Shown: positions 9,411 to 19,391 of the stretch, one piece after another
Numbering within the stretch: the stretch's first letter is position 1
How the letters are laid out: every line of letters begins with the position of its first letter
From: Myxococcota bacterium
GTDB lineage: Bacteria; Myxococcota_A; Polyangia; Nannocystales; Nannocystaceae
DNA length: 64,000 nucleotides
NCBI GenBank assembly: GCA_039194325.1
Contig: JBCCWC010000007.1
Coordinates: forward strand, 64,001-128,000
Reading direction: 5' to 3'
Position numbers and translations under genes: made by a program
The notes under the pieces: generated by a model
Database searches by the model: none
Told to the model about the DNA's origin: nothing
The model's input: the letters and a program-made list of their open reading frames with translations, nothing else

Positions 9411-11117
9411 ATGAGCCATGCCAGGCACCTCGTCAAGCGGAAAGTTCGACCCGATGACGAGATGAAGATTCCGCGCCGCGCGGTCCATGCTACCAATGCT
9501 GCCCCCGTGTGCGTCCCCGTTCCCACCCTCTCACGCCCCTTCATCCTGCTAGGTGCGCTGCTGGTGCTCCCGGGCTGCGACATGCTCCAGGAGTTCCTGG
9601 GCGACGAGGACAAGCCGCCTCCCCGTACCAAGGCAGCGGATGACGAGGACGAGACACCACCCGACCTCGGCGATGGAGCCGGTCCCCCCGAGCCACTCGT
9701 ACGCGCCGAACGGAAGCTGCGCTTCCCGGGCAAGAGCGGCGAGCACATGGGCTTCGACCTGGCCCGGCTGTCCAAGCTGCAGGCGCTGGCCGGAGCGATC
9801 GAGGTGCCCGAGTGGTCCGATCCCGGGCAAGGCACGGCCCGCATGGTTCGCGACGACGACCTGCGCACCGCGTGGGTCTGCGAGCTGGCACCCGAGCAAT
9901 CCTGCGCGATCGGGATCCACTTTCCGCGAACCGCCGAGGTCGACGCGATCCGCCTGTTCGCCGCCACCCCAGCCAAGCAGTCGTACGCCAGACCCAAGGT
10001 GGTGCGGATCCATACCGACGAAGGCTGGGCCGAGGCCAAGCTAGCCAACGAAGACGGTCTGTGGAGCGTGCAGCTGGGCGAGCCCGTACGCACCCGCAAC
10101 CTGACCGTAGAGGTGATGGAGGCCTACGACGACGCTCCGGTCCACCTGGCCGAGCTCGAGATCTACGGACGCAACGGCACCCCTCGACCCCCCCTCACGA
10201 TCGATCTCTCCCGTCGTGTCGTGAGCTTCCAGACCCCAGTGTGGCGCAAGAAGTCCCGCACCCACACGGCGGGCAAGGCCTTCGCCGAGCAGGTCGACGT
10301 GGACGGGCGGCTTCGGCGGTTGTTCCCGGGCACCGCACTCATCGGACGCCCCGGCGCCCGCCTCTTGCTGCTGGAACGCGCCGACTGGTCCACGTGCAAC
10401 GATCATCAGGGCACGTACTCCCTGCTCGACACCCAAACCCGTGTGATGGTCCCTCTGGGTGACATGGGAGGATTCGCAGGCCAGGTCTTCGCCCACACCC
10501 AGGGCCTGGGCTTCGCGATGGGCCGCATCGACGGCGACGATCCCGAGGTCCAAGGCGCGGTACTCGATGGAGCGAGCTACGAACGGCGTTCCATCAGCCG
10601 ACTGGAGCGCCGTGAGCCCCGGGATCTGTTGGCGGCATGGGACATCAGCGACAAGCCGCTGGAGCGCGCCGATGCCCTACCTATGGGTGATCCTCCTACC
10701 GGTTGCGAGCCCGCCGAGGCCGAGGTCGTCGCGGCCTTGCTGCCTCGCCTACCCCGACGCACAAAGATCCCGGCCAAGCATTGGCGTGCCTGCACGCTGG
10801 GCTCGGGTGCCTCGCTGCTGCTGAGTACCGGAGGCTCGTGCGGCAAGGAGTGGCACATGGCCGTCGTCGATGCCGAGGGCGAACTGGTCGAGGCGCACTC
10901 AGGCAAGCACAGCGGCTCTCACTTTCGGCTGCGCCGGGTCGACCAGGAGACGATCCTGGTCGAACACTGGGGCAACGCGGACGACCCGCGTCTGTTTCAA
11001 GCCGATGAGGGCAGCCTGGTACAGGTCGAAGGGGCGGTGGGGTTCTCCATGCGACCTCCGGTGGGCTGCCGCAAGCGGTGCGATATCGAGCTTGCCGACC
11101 TCGGCCCGGGGAAATAG
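9411..11117 (+). CDS. Lipoprotein with discoidin/glycan-binding-like domain
   Basis: Lipobox LPGC; DDDLRTAW..., RPKVVRI, LAELEIYG galactose-binding-fold pattern; true start probably downstream of 9411. Confidence 0.7.
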   Translation: MSHARHLVKRKVRPDDEMKIPRRAVHATNAAPVCVPVPTLSRPFILLGALLVLPGCDMLQEFLGDEDKPPPRTKAADDEDETPPDLGDGAGPPEPLVRAERKLRFPGKSGEHMGFDLARLSKLQALAGAIEVPEWSDPGQGTARMVRDDDLRTAWVCELAPEQSCAIGIHFPRTAEVDAIRLFAATPAKQSYARPKVVRIHTDEGWAEAKLANEDGLWSVQLGEPVRTRNLTVEVMEAYDDAPVHLAELEIYGRNGTPRPPLTIDLSRRVVSFQTPVWRKKSRTHTAGKAFAEQVDVDGRLRRLFPGTALIGRPGARLLLLERADWSTCNDHQGTYSLLDTQTRVMVPLGDMGGFAGQVFAHTQGLGFAMGRIDGDDPEVQGAVLDGASYERRSISRLERREPRDLLAAWDISDKPLERADALPMGDPPTGCEPAEAEVVAALLPRLPRRTKIPAKHWRACTLGSGASLLLSTGGSCGKEWHMAVVDAEGELVEAHSGKHSGSHFRLRRVDQETILVEHWGNADDPRLFQADEGSLVQVEGAVGFSMRPPVGCRKRCDIELADLGPGK

Positions 11118-11154
11118 CAAACCGCGGCGAAGTGGGTATCCTACGCCCCTCACC

Positions 11155-11784
11155 ATGAGCGACTTCCATAACGATCGTTCCAATCTGTTGTTCTTGCTCG
11201 CGCTGGCTCCGCTGAGCATGGGGTGCCCGGGCGACGACTCGACGGCCGAGGGATCGTCGGGCTCCTCCAGCACCGGCTCGGATCCCACGACCACCAATAC
11301 GACCCCGCCCGACCCGACCACGCCAGATCCAACCGGCGGCATGACCTCCAGCGGGTCCACCACCATGATGGAGGACGGAACCTCGTCGACCGGCCCGGCG
11401 GACGGGTCGAGCTCGTCCAGCGACAGCGGCTCCGAAAGCGGCTCCGACTCTGGCTCCAGCTCCGGCAGCGGCTCCGACAGCGGCTCCAGCAGCGGCTCCG
11501 ACAGCGGCTCCAGCTCCGGCAGCTCGTCGACCGGCATGATGCTCACCACGTGTGAGGCCTACGGGGACCAAATCGCGTACTGCTACGGCAACCCGGCGTA
11601 CGAGATGCTCGCCGAGATGTACTGCATCGACGCCATTGCCTACTACGACATGATGTACGGCCCAGCCTGTGCCGTGGCGTTCGAGGACTTCATCGCCTGC
11701 ATCAGCAACCTGTCGTGCGCGGACCTCATGAACAACGTCGGCTGCGACGCCGAATTCATGATGTTCGCGATGACCTGCGTCTGA
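11155..11784 (+). CDS. Ser/Gly/Thr-rich lipoprotein with Cys-rich C-terminus
   Basis: Lipobox SMGC, low-complexity linker, six C-terminal Cys. Confidence 0.75.
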   Translation: MSDFHNDRSNLLFLLALAPLSMGCPGDDSTAEGSSGSSSTGSDPTTTNTTPPDPTTPDPTGGMTSSGSTTMMEDGTSSTGPADGSSSSSDSGSESGSDSGSSSGSGSDSGSSSGSDSGSSSGSSSTGMMLTTCEAYGDQIAYCYGNPAYEMLAEMYCIDAIAYYDMMYGPACAVAFEDFIACISNLSCADLMNNVGCDAEFMMFAMTCV

Positions 11785-11802
11785 CCGGCGACCTCGGATC
11801 CG

Positions 11803-12702
11803 ATGCGCCCCAGTGGGGAGGAACGGCTCGACCCCACCTCCGGGCGCCCCCCGGGTGCCCTCCACGCACCCCGGGGCCCCTTTCCATGGTGGTCGAGCAA
11901 CCCCGACAAAGCCTGGGGCGAGCGGTGGTTTCTCGGGTATAGCCTCGCGTGGATGCTGGCCGTGGCGGTGGTGATCGCCACCGGCTGGATCCACACCTGG
12001 AACGATCGAGGCTACCTGCTGTTCTCGCTGGTGGTAGGCGGCGCCGCCGTGGTGGGACCGTGGGCATGGCCCGGTCGTCCCGGCCGCAATCGCCCCGTGT
12101 GGCAGGCGTGGTGGTTCAAGCTCAACGCGTGGGTCTTGGTGCTGGTGACCTTCGGCACCTACTTCGGGACCCACTACTTCTTCGATCTCATGGGCATGCG
12201 CTACGCATTCCCCGTCTCGTGGACCTGGCAGGCCAAGGTCGTGGGCCACACCTCGCAGACGGTGCCCGTGTTCATGTATCCGCTGACCCAGGCGTACTTC
12301 GTCACCTATTACGCCCTGGCTCCGATCGCATTGCGCCGACTCGGTCGCTCGCTGAGGCTGGGGCCGTGGGGCCGCCTGGGAGTCGCGCTGGCGCTGGGCT
12401 ACGCGATCGCGTGGGCCGAGACCTTTGCGATGGCCAGCGACGCCCTGGCCGACTACTTCGCCTACGCCGACAAGGGCCGAATGCTGCGCTGGGGCTCGCT
12501 GGGCTACGCCAGCTACTTCGTGGTCGGCCTGCCGCTGGTGGCCCAAATCGATGAACCGCCCGATGAACCGCCCGGCGAACAGGCCCACGAACCGAACCGT
12601 GAGCGCTGGCCGCTCCGCGCAGTGCTGGTCCAGGCGCTGGCCGCCTGCATGCTGATCTTATGCTTGCTCGAGGTGTGGGCCCAGCTGGTCGGACCGCTCT
12701 AG
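11803..12702 (+). CDS. Cycloeucalenol cycloisomerase (plant CPI1-like sterol cyclopropyl isomerase)
   Basis: NPDKAWGERWFL-Y, W-K-N-W, GTYFGTHYFF, AWAET-A, GS-YA-YF-V--P, IDE, L-A-ML...W---GP align along the whole length with plant CPI1 as I recall it. Confidence 0.85.
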   Translation: MRPSGEERLDPTSGRPPGALHAPRGPFPWWSSNPDKAWGERWFLGYSLAWMLAVAVVIATGWIHTWNDRGYLLFSLVVGGAAVVGPWAWPGRPGRNRPVWQAWWFKLNAWVLVLVTFGTYFGTHYFFDLMGMRYAFPVSWTWQAKVVGHTSQTVPVFMYPLTQAYFVTYYALAPIALRRLGRSLRLGPWGRLGVALALGYAIAWAETFAMASDALADYFAYADKGRMLRWGSLGYASYFVVGLPLVAQIDEPPDEPPGEQAHEPNRERWPLRAVLVQALAACMLILCLLEVWAQLVGPL

Positions 12703-12838
12703 CGCCGCTTCAAGAGCCGCTCCCCGGGGGCTCCTCCACCAAGACGAGCACGCCCGGCAATAACCGTTTGACCCGCGCGGTCCCCCACCCGCAGCATCGA
12801 TGCCGAGATCGCCGCGCCCCCCTTCGCGGCCGCCCCCC

Positions 12839-15433
12839 ATGATCGCCTCCTACGACCCCGACCACCTCCAGACCGCGCTCCGGCGCTTTCGGGCGTTCTT
12901 CGACGAGCTATGCGAGACCTTCGTCGAGCGCGAGAACCTCCTCATCCAGTTCGCCCTGGCCCTGCTCAGCCGCCAGCACGTGCTGATGACCGGGCCCCCG
13001 GGCACCGCCAAGAGCGCGATGGCCTCGATGGTGCTCGGCCGGATCATCGACGAATCGACGGGCAGCCCCAGCCTCTTCGCCCGGCAGTTCACCGAGAACA
13101 CCGTCCAGACCGACCTGGTGGGGCCCATCAACTTCAAGACCCTCATGGAGTCCGGTCGCACCGAGCACTTCACCGACGAGGGCATGCTGGGCTCGGTCCA
13201 CGCCTTCCTCGACGAGGTCTTCGACGGCCGCGACATGCTGCTGCGGTCGACCCTCAACCTCCTCCACGAGCGCGAGGTCAAGCAGGGCGGCGTGATCGCC
13301 AAGGGGCGGATCGAGTGCGCCTTCATGACGAGCAACCGCTACATCGCCGAGGTGCTCGACACGGCGCGCGAGACCCTGCTCGCGTTCATCGACCGGATCA
13401 GCTTCATCAGCTTCGTCCCCCGGGGCTTCGCCAACCCCAAAAACCTCAGCACCGTGGTCCGCCGACACGGCGGGGGGTTCGGCCAGCATACGCCCACCGC
13501 CTACCTGTCGGTCCAAGACCTCGATGTGCTCCAGGCGGCTGCCGACCTCACCTACGTGCCCGAACCGATCTGCGACGCCGTCGCTCAGCTCGTTCAGCTG
13601 CTCGACACCGAGCTGGCCGAAGCCCAGCGCTACGACCCGAAGTTCCAGCCCACCCGCTACCTATCAACCCGCACCGCCGTGCAGGCCACCCACGTGCTGC
13701 GCGCGGTGGTGGTCTACGACAAGATCTTCGGCCGCACCGACCGCGAGCTCCAGGTCGAGCACGCGGACATCGAGTGGCTCCGCTTCTTCTTGTTGCTCAA
13801 TGGAGTCGAGCGCGGGTCGATCACCGCGCGGATCGAGCGGGAGACCGACCCGCGAGAGCGCCGGCAGCTGGACATCATGGCGACCGAAGCGGAGATCTTC
13901 GATCGCTGCTTCTCCAAGCTCCCCCGGGCCAAGACCCCGATCGCCCCCCGCCGGCTCGAGCTCAACCAGCTGGAGACGGTGGCCCGGCAGGCCCGCCGCT
14001 CGGGCAACCCCGACGCGCTCGAGCAGGCCGTCCGCACGCTGCTCGACGCGACCGAGAGCGGAGCGACCGACGCCAACGATGCCGCCAACCTGCTGGTCGA
14101 CACGGTCGGGACACTGTCGAGACAAGCGCTGCAAGGAGGCCTGTCTCCGGCCCTGGGAGGAGATGACGCGCTCTCCCAGCTGAGCACGCAGCTGACCGAG
14201 GTAGCCAACACCCTCGAGCGCTCCGTCGGCCAGGGCCGACTGCTGGCCCAGTGGCTGCGCGGTCGGTTGCTCCACCTGGTCGATCAAGCCCTGCGCCTGT
14301 CGGTCTCGCCCACCAGCGCCACGGTGGCCGCGCTCACCTCTACCCCTACCGCCGACTCCCTCTCCACTCAGATCGACGGTCGCTTCGCCGAGCTCGAGGC
14401 GATCTTCGGGCTACGTCGCCAGCTGCGCTCGGGCCGAACCGCCACGGTGGATACACCGGAATCCGACGAAGCATGGGCGCTCGCCCTGGCCAAGCTCGAG
14501 GACGAGCTGGTCCTGCTGTGGGACGCGAAATTTCGGCTGTCCGCCACGGGCCTGCTCGGCCGCGCCGGTCGGGCGCCCCTCGACGAGGTGCTGCGGTCGC
14601 TCGGCCCGGTGCTGACCCAGCTGCGGGCCGACGCGGAGCGCTTCACCCGGCTGGACCACCGCAGCGAGCTGCTTCGGCGCGTGACCGGCCCGCGGATCGA
14701 ACCCCTGGTCGCGCGCGCCTTCGAAGGGCTCGACGGCCGCGACCGCGTCGCCGCCGTCACCCAGGTGGAGGCCGTGGTGAACGAGCTACGAGGGGCGGGG
14801 CTGGGTGAGGTGATCTCGCCGGAGCGCTTCGTGTCGTGGACGGTGCGTGCGCTCGTCCGCGACGAGCTCGCCCCCGAGCTCACGACGATCGTCGATCGCC
14901 AAGCCTACGATAGTGCTCGATCGGAAGAGCCCACGATGTCGATCGCCGACACGCTCGTTCGGATCGCGATCGCGGCGCTGCCTCCCGAACAACACTCGCC
15001 CGACGACCCCAACCAGGCGGCCAAGACGGTCTGGCAGACCCTTCGCCAGCTCGACGATGATCGCCGAGCCCGGGTCATCGAGCGGGATCTGGCCCGAATG
15101 AGCCGAGGCGTGACGCGGCTGGAGTCCTGGTGGCAAGCGCTCACCCAGTCCACGCCCGAAGCCTCCGAGGACCTGCCGCGCTCGGTGACCGTCCTCGAGG
15201 CGGTGGTCCAGTCCGGGTATCTGCGCGCGGTTCGGGGCGACGGTGAGCCCTTGCGGTTGGCGACAGAGCTCGATCACCTCGTCGAGATCTTCCCCTCCAG
15301 CCGCGAGCGAGCGAGCGCGCTCCGCCAGCGCCTGGTTCAGCTCGATGCCGACAGCACCCAGCGCTTGGTGGAGCTGCTGCAGAGCCAATCGGACCAGGCC
15401 TGGTCCGACGCGCTAGCACCTTCGGACCCATGA
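12839..15433 (+). CDS. MoxR/RavA-type AAA+ ATPase with long C-terminal helical extension
   Basis: Walker A GPPGTAKS, Walker B FLDEVF, TSN sensor, AFIDR. Confidence 0.85.
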   Translation: MIASYDPDHLQTALRRFRAFFDELCETFVERENLLIQFALALLSRQHVLMTGPPGTAKSAMASMVLGRIIDESTGSPSLFARQFTENTVQTDLVGPINFKTLMESGRTEHFTDEGMLGSVHAFLDEVFDGRDMLLRSTLNLLHEREVKQGGVIAKGRIECAFMTSNRYIAEVLDTARETLLAFIDRISFISFVPRGFANPKNLSTVVRRHGGGFGQHTPTAYLSVQDLDVLQAAADLTYVPEPICDAVAQLVQLLDTELAEAQRYDPKFQPTRYLSTRTAVQATHVLRAVVVYDKIFGRTDRELQVEHADIEWLRFFLLLNGVERGSITARIERETDPRERRQLDIMATEAEIFDRCFSKLPRAKTPIAPRRLELNQLETVARQARRSGNPDALEQAVRTLLDATESGATDANDAANLLVDTVGTLSRQALQGGLSPALGGDDALSQLSTQLTEVANTLERSVGQGRLLAQWLRGRLLHLVDQALRLSVSPTSATVAALTSTPTADSLSTQIDGRFAELEAIFGLRRQLRSGRTATVDTPESDEAWALALAKLEDELVLLWDAKFRLSATGLLGRAGRAPLDEVLRSLGPVLTQLRADAERFTRLDHRSELLRRVTGPRIEPLVARAFEGLDGRDRVAAVTQVEAVVNELRGAGLGEVISPERFVSWTVRALVRDELAPELTTIVDRQAYDSARSEEPTMSIADTLVRIAIAALPPEQHSPDDPNQAAKTVWQTLRQLDDDRRARVIERDLARMSRGVTRLESWWQALTQSTPEASEDLPRSVTVLEAVVQSGYLRAVRGDGEPLRLATELDHLVEIFPSSRERASALRQRLVQLDADSTQRLVELLQSQSDQAWSDALAPSDP

Positions 15434-18045
15434 CCACGCTCCCCCCGCAGCTCGAAGAGATCGGGCGCCGGATCGAGCGGCTCGTGCTCGCGCCGGAGTC
15501 GATCTCCGCGCCCTTGACCCGCCTGTTTCGCCCCTTCCTGCACCGGATCGGCTGGCGGCCCAAGGCCCAGGTGACGGAGCTCCGAGCCCTGATCACTCAG
15601 CTGGACTGGATCCGCACCAGCGGCGGCGACGTCACCATGGGCCGCAAGCTGCTCGCGGCCGCGACCGACGAGCTGACCGACAACCTGCGGCAGGTCGAGC
15701 GCGCCACGGTGGTCAACCGCCGCCCGCTGCTAGCCCACGCGGCCTGGCTCCGCCGGCTCTACGAGCTGATCGTCAACGCCGAGCGGGCGGTGGCTCGGGC
15801 CGAGGACGCCAGCGCGCTCTACCTGGCGGCCACGCCAGACGAGGCGCTGATGCTGCCCCCGCTGGCCATGGGCAAGGCCCGCAACGACGTTCCCGAGGAG
15901 CCGGACGCGGGAGGCGCTCGAGACCGTGGTGCTGGGGGTGCCAAACCCGAGCCCAAACCCGAGCCCGAGCCGCAGGCCGACCCCTCGCGGGTCCTCGAGC
16001 TCCAGCTCGATACGATCGATCACCTGATCGCCGCCGCTCGTGAAGAAGACGCCTTACTCGGTCGCCGGCGCCGACTGCTCGACGCCGCCCGTGAGCTGCT
16101 GCTGGAGACCTCCGCCGCGCTGGCGCTCGACCAGCCCGGCGTCCACCAGCGCCTGGAGAACATCGCGCGGCAGATCACCCGCATCAACCGCTACCAAGGA
16201 GTGGGCCTCGACCCCAACGTGGCCCTGATCCACCAGGCGCGCACCGCCCTGTCACGGGGCGAGCGAGACAAGCTCTTCGCCGCCCTCTCGGTGCTACGTC
16301 GTAGCGCGGTCGACATGGGGGACATCGACGTCACCGCCCTCACCTCCCACGCGATCGACAAACTCCGAGGCCGGGCGCCAACCCCAACGCCAACCCCAAC
16401 GCCGGCGCAGGACTCGCTGTCCCGCTCGGCGACGGAGGTCCTCGGTGACCGCGTGGTGGAGGCGATCACCGAGGGTCATCGAGCCGGCCGTCGCCGCCAG
16501 CGTCGCTCGGACGAAGAGACCAACACCGATCGCTGGGTGGCCGAGCAGATCAAAGACTACTTCGCCCCGGGCAAGGAACGGCAGACCCTGGCGCACGCGC
16601 TCACGGTCGACGGCTGCTTCGAGGTGGGCGGGGTCCTGTGCCCCGTGCGGATCGAAGAGCAATTCATCTGGCACCGCATGGTCCCCTTTCCGACCCAGGC
16701 ACTGCAGCTGGTCAAGGCGACCGGACCGCAGGACATCACCACCGCGGTGGTCCACGACCCCCGCACCGTGATCCTCGATCTGGCCGCCGGGCGGCTGCTG
16801 GCCCGCCGCTATGTCAAGGAAGAGATCGGGACGCGGACGCGAACCCTCATGCAGGGCGAGGTGCGGGTGTACCTGCTCGACGGCTCCAGCTCCATGCTCG
16901 GGCCCCGCGCCCGCATGCGGGACTCGATGCTCGTCGCCGAGCTCGCGACCCTGCTGCGGCGCCTGGAGAACCCGCAGGCTCACACCCGCGTGGTGCTCTA
17001 CTATCGCTACTTCAACAGCGCGCTGGGTCCGGTCCACCGCGTCGACAGCCCGGGCGGCGTGCTCGAAGCGATCCGCGAGGTCACCAGCACGCCGCGCTCG
17101 GGCGGCACCGACATCGAGGGGGCCTTGCTGTCGAGCCTGGAGCTTATTGCCCAGGCCCAAAAGAGCGACTCGGAGCTGGCGCGCGCGCAGATCGTGCTCG
17201 TGACCGACGGCGTCGCCACCGTCAGCGAGGCCAAGATCTCCCGGGCCCGTCGGGCGCTCGGCGACCTGCCCGTAGGGGTGAGCGTGATCGCCCTGGGCGA
17301 GGAGAACGAGGCGCTCCGCGGCGTGGTCGCCCGCCAGCGGGCCCGGCACGAGCGCGCCTTCTATCACTTCTTGCCCGATGACTACCTCGAGCGGCTGTCG
17401 TCGGACGAGATCGAGGACGACGGGATCCACCTGCCCCCGGTGCCGATCGCCCAAGTGAGCGCGTTCGAGGAGCAGCTCGGCCCGCTGCTGGAGGATCTCG
17501 CCGAGCTCCAGCGTTCCCGCCAGGCCCGCTCGCTCCGCGAGCTCGATCGTATGGATCGCGAACAACGGATCGAGCGCACCGACATCGACACCGCCGGCGA
17601 GGGTCAGCGAGCCCGACTCGAAGCGCTCTACCGCGACGATCGAGCGCTCACCCGACGATATGCGCGATGGTTCCCGCCGCCGTTGGCCGGAGCCACGGTC
17701 GGACCTCCGCCCTGTGGGGCGCTTGTGCGGGCCGCGCCCGACGAGGGGACGCTCGAGCGAGACGATCTCGACTCGGCCCTGGTCGTGCTGACGACGATCG
17801 CCGAGGTCGTCGAGTCGGTGGGCAGCTCCCGGCTGGGGCGACAGGCCGACGCCGTGGAGCTGCTAGAGCGGCTATTGCCGGACTCCCGGCTGACTCCGGC
17901 GCGGTATCACGAGGTCCTGCGGACCTACCCCGGTGAGCTGGGGCCCGCGCTCGAGGCAGTGCACGGGGCGGTCAAGGCCAGCATGGGGTGGCGGATCGAG
18001 CGCGGGCATACACGACGCCACGGGCTCGACCAGCCCGATCACTGA
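15430..18045 (+). CDS. VWA-domain partner of the MoxR ATPase (ViaA-like)
   Basis: MIDAS LLDGSSSM, GGTDI, VLVTDG; ATGA overlap with the ATPase stop. Confidence 0.85.
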   Translation: MTTLPPQLEEIGRRIERLVLAPESISAPLTRLFRPFLHRIGWRPKAQVTELRALITQLDWIRTSGGDVTMGRKLLAAATDELTDNLRQVERATVVNRRPLLAHAAWLRRLYELIVNAERAVARAEDASALYLAATPDEALMLPPLAMGKARNDVPEEPDAGGARDRGAGGAKPEPKPEPEPQADPSRVLELQLDTIDHLIAAAREEDALLGRRRRLLDAARELLLETSAALALDQPGVHQRLENIARQITRINRYQGVGLDPNVALIHQARTALSRGERDKLFAALSVLRRSAVDMGDIDVTALTSHAIDKLRGRAPTPTPTPTPAQDSLSRSATEVLGDRVVEAITEGHRAGRRRQRRSDEETNTDRWVAEQIKDYFAPGKERQTLAHALTVDGCFEVGGVLCPVRIEEQFIWHRMVPFPTQALQLVKATGPQDITTAVVHDPRTVILDLAAGRLLARRYVKEEIGTRTRTLMQGEVRVYLLDGSSSMLGPRARMRDSMLVAELATLLRRLENPQAHTRVVLYYRYFNSALGPVHRVDSPGGVLEAIREVTSTPRSGGTDIEGALLSSLELIAQAQKSDSELARAQIVLVTDGVATVSEAKISRARRALGDLPVGVSVIALGEENEALRGVVARQRARHERAFYHFLPDDYLERLSSDEIEDDGIHLPPVPIAQVSAFEEQLGPLLEDLAELQRSRQARSLRELDRMDREQRIERTDIDTAGEGQRARLEALYRDDRALTRRYARWFPPPLAGATVGPPPCGALVRAAPDEGTLERDDLDSALVVLTTIAEVVESVGSSRLGRQADAVELLERLLPDSRLTPARYHEVLRTYPGELGPALEAVHGAVKASMGWRIERGHTRRHGLDQPDH

Positions 18046-18089
18046 GCCCGATCACTGAGCCCGATCACTGAGCCCGACCACCGAGCCCG
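18032..18089. repeat. 13-bp tandem repeat (AGCCCGATCACTG x3 plus degenerate copies) spanning the VWA stop codon
   Basis: Directly visible. Confidence 0.85.
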
Positions 18090-18142
18090 CCCCGCCCGCC
18101 GGCACGCGAAGCTTCATGCTCCGCCCGCTGGCGAACTCGGCC

Positions 18143-18883
18143 TCACAGGCCGCCCATATCCGACCACGTGAGCACGTTGCGGATGTTGGTCTTGAGTATC
18201 CCGCCGCCCAGCGGCACGAACTGGGTGACTCCCTCGGCGAGGCCATCGCCGAAGTCATCGCTGTCGAGCTCGCAGAAGAAGGCGAACGCACCATTGGGTA
18301 GGATGGTCAGCGGCGCCGCGGTCGTGAAGTCGATCTCGATCTCCTCGCCGGTGACCGTGCCGTAGGGATCGGTGACCTCCAGGTTGTACATGCCTCCTCC
18401 GCCGACCACCGTGCCCGCCGGCACGGTCACCCCGGCGAAGTCACCGCCGAGCGTGAGCTCGTTGATCGCGACCACGATGACGAAGCCCTCGCGGTTCTTC
18501 CAGCCCGAAGGCGGCACCACCCGATCGGAGAACGCGACCGCCCGATAGTCGAGGGTCGGGTTGGTCGTGCCGATCTGAACGACGACGTCGGGGTTGTTCT
18601 CCGGGTCGGGGATGCCGAAGCGCACCTCGGCGATGGCCACCTTCTCGGCTCGAAACGCGTCGATCTGGGCCTGATCCCAGCCCATTACGTCGGTAAAGAA
18701 GCTCAGATCGTCGACCAGGGCCGGCGGCTCGGCCTCGGGGATCTCTCCGTCAGCGAGGAACACGGCGAAGGTATCGAAATCATCGGGCGGTGGGGGGCCT
18801 TCGCAACCGGCGACGGTAAAGGCGCCGGCAAAGGCGGACAGGGCGAACGTGGTGGTCGTGAGGCAACGGCGAAGATCGAACAT
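18143..18883 (-). CDS. Lipoprotein of unknown function
   Basis: Lipobox VAGC; strong GC3 coding bias; ends IRNVLTW. Confidence 0.8.
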   Translation of the reverse strand: MFDLRRCLTTTTFALSAFAGAFTVAGCEGPPPPDDFDTFAVFLADGEIPEAEPPALVDDLSFFTDVMGWDQAQIDAFRAEKVAIAEVRFGIPDPENNPDVVVQIGTTNPTLDYRAVAFSDRVVPPSGWKNREGFVIVVAINELTLGGDFAGVTVPAGTVVGGGGMYNLEVTDPYGTVTGEEIEIDFTTAAPLTILPNGAFAFFCELDSDDFGDGLAEGVTQFVPLGGGILKTNIRNVLTWSDMGGL

Positions 18884-19111
18884 ATTCACACTTTCGTCGG
18901 ATGTCACTACGAGTCATACGAAGAGACATCGATCTCGTCGTATGGCCCGAAGGGCGCAAAGAGAGTCGATGATGTCCCGCGTGTGAGCGACCATGCGTCA
19001 CACCAACGGCGAACACCGTCGATCGAGGGATGAGGCAAAATTCCTCACCCATCACTCCCGGGGGGTCGCTAGCAACCCGTGATGAAACCCTCGGGTGGTC
19101 CAAACGCCGTC

Positions 19112-19128
19112 AGCACGAGCGGTGCCAA
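19112..19128 (-). promoter_or_regulatory. Possible sigma54 promoter for the 18883 gene
   Basis: TTGGCACCGCTCGTGCT has correct GG(-24)/GC(-12) spacing. Confidence 0.35.
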
Positions 19129-19391
19129 GGGGCGTTCAACCGGCATTCAACCGGCATAGATAACCAATGAACACCGAATATATCGACCGCGGGGGGCGGT
19201 ATTGGGGCCGTGCGAGGGGCTCACCACGGGCTGCTAGACTCAACACCACAAAGCTAGGCGGCGAGCAGAAGGAAGTCAAATCGATCGGAGTAAAATTAAC
19301 CGACCAACATTGGGCCTACTCGGCGATCTTCGATGCTCGATCTACGGATGCCTATTGTATTGAGTGCAACGAAGTCACTCGACCATCCGAA

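Noticed and set aside
10696..12588. Long antisense ORFs (also 46519-47931, 60555-62294 and others)
   Set aside because: Shadow ORFs typical of high-GC DNA opposite well-supported genes.
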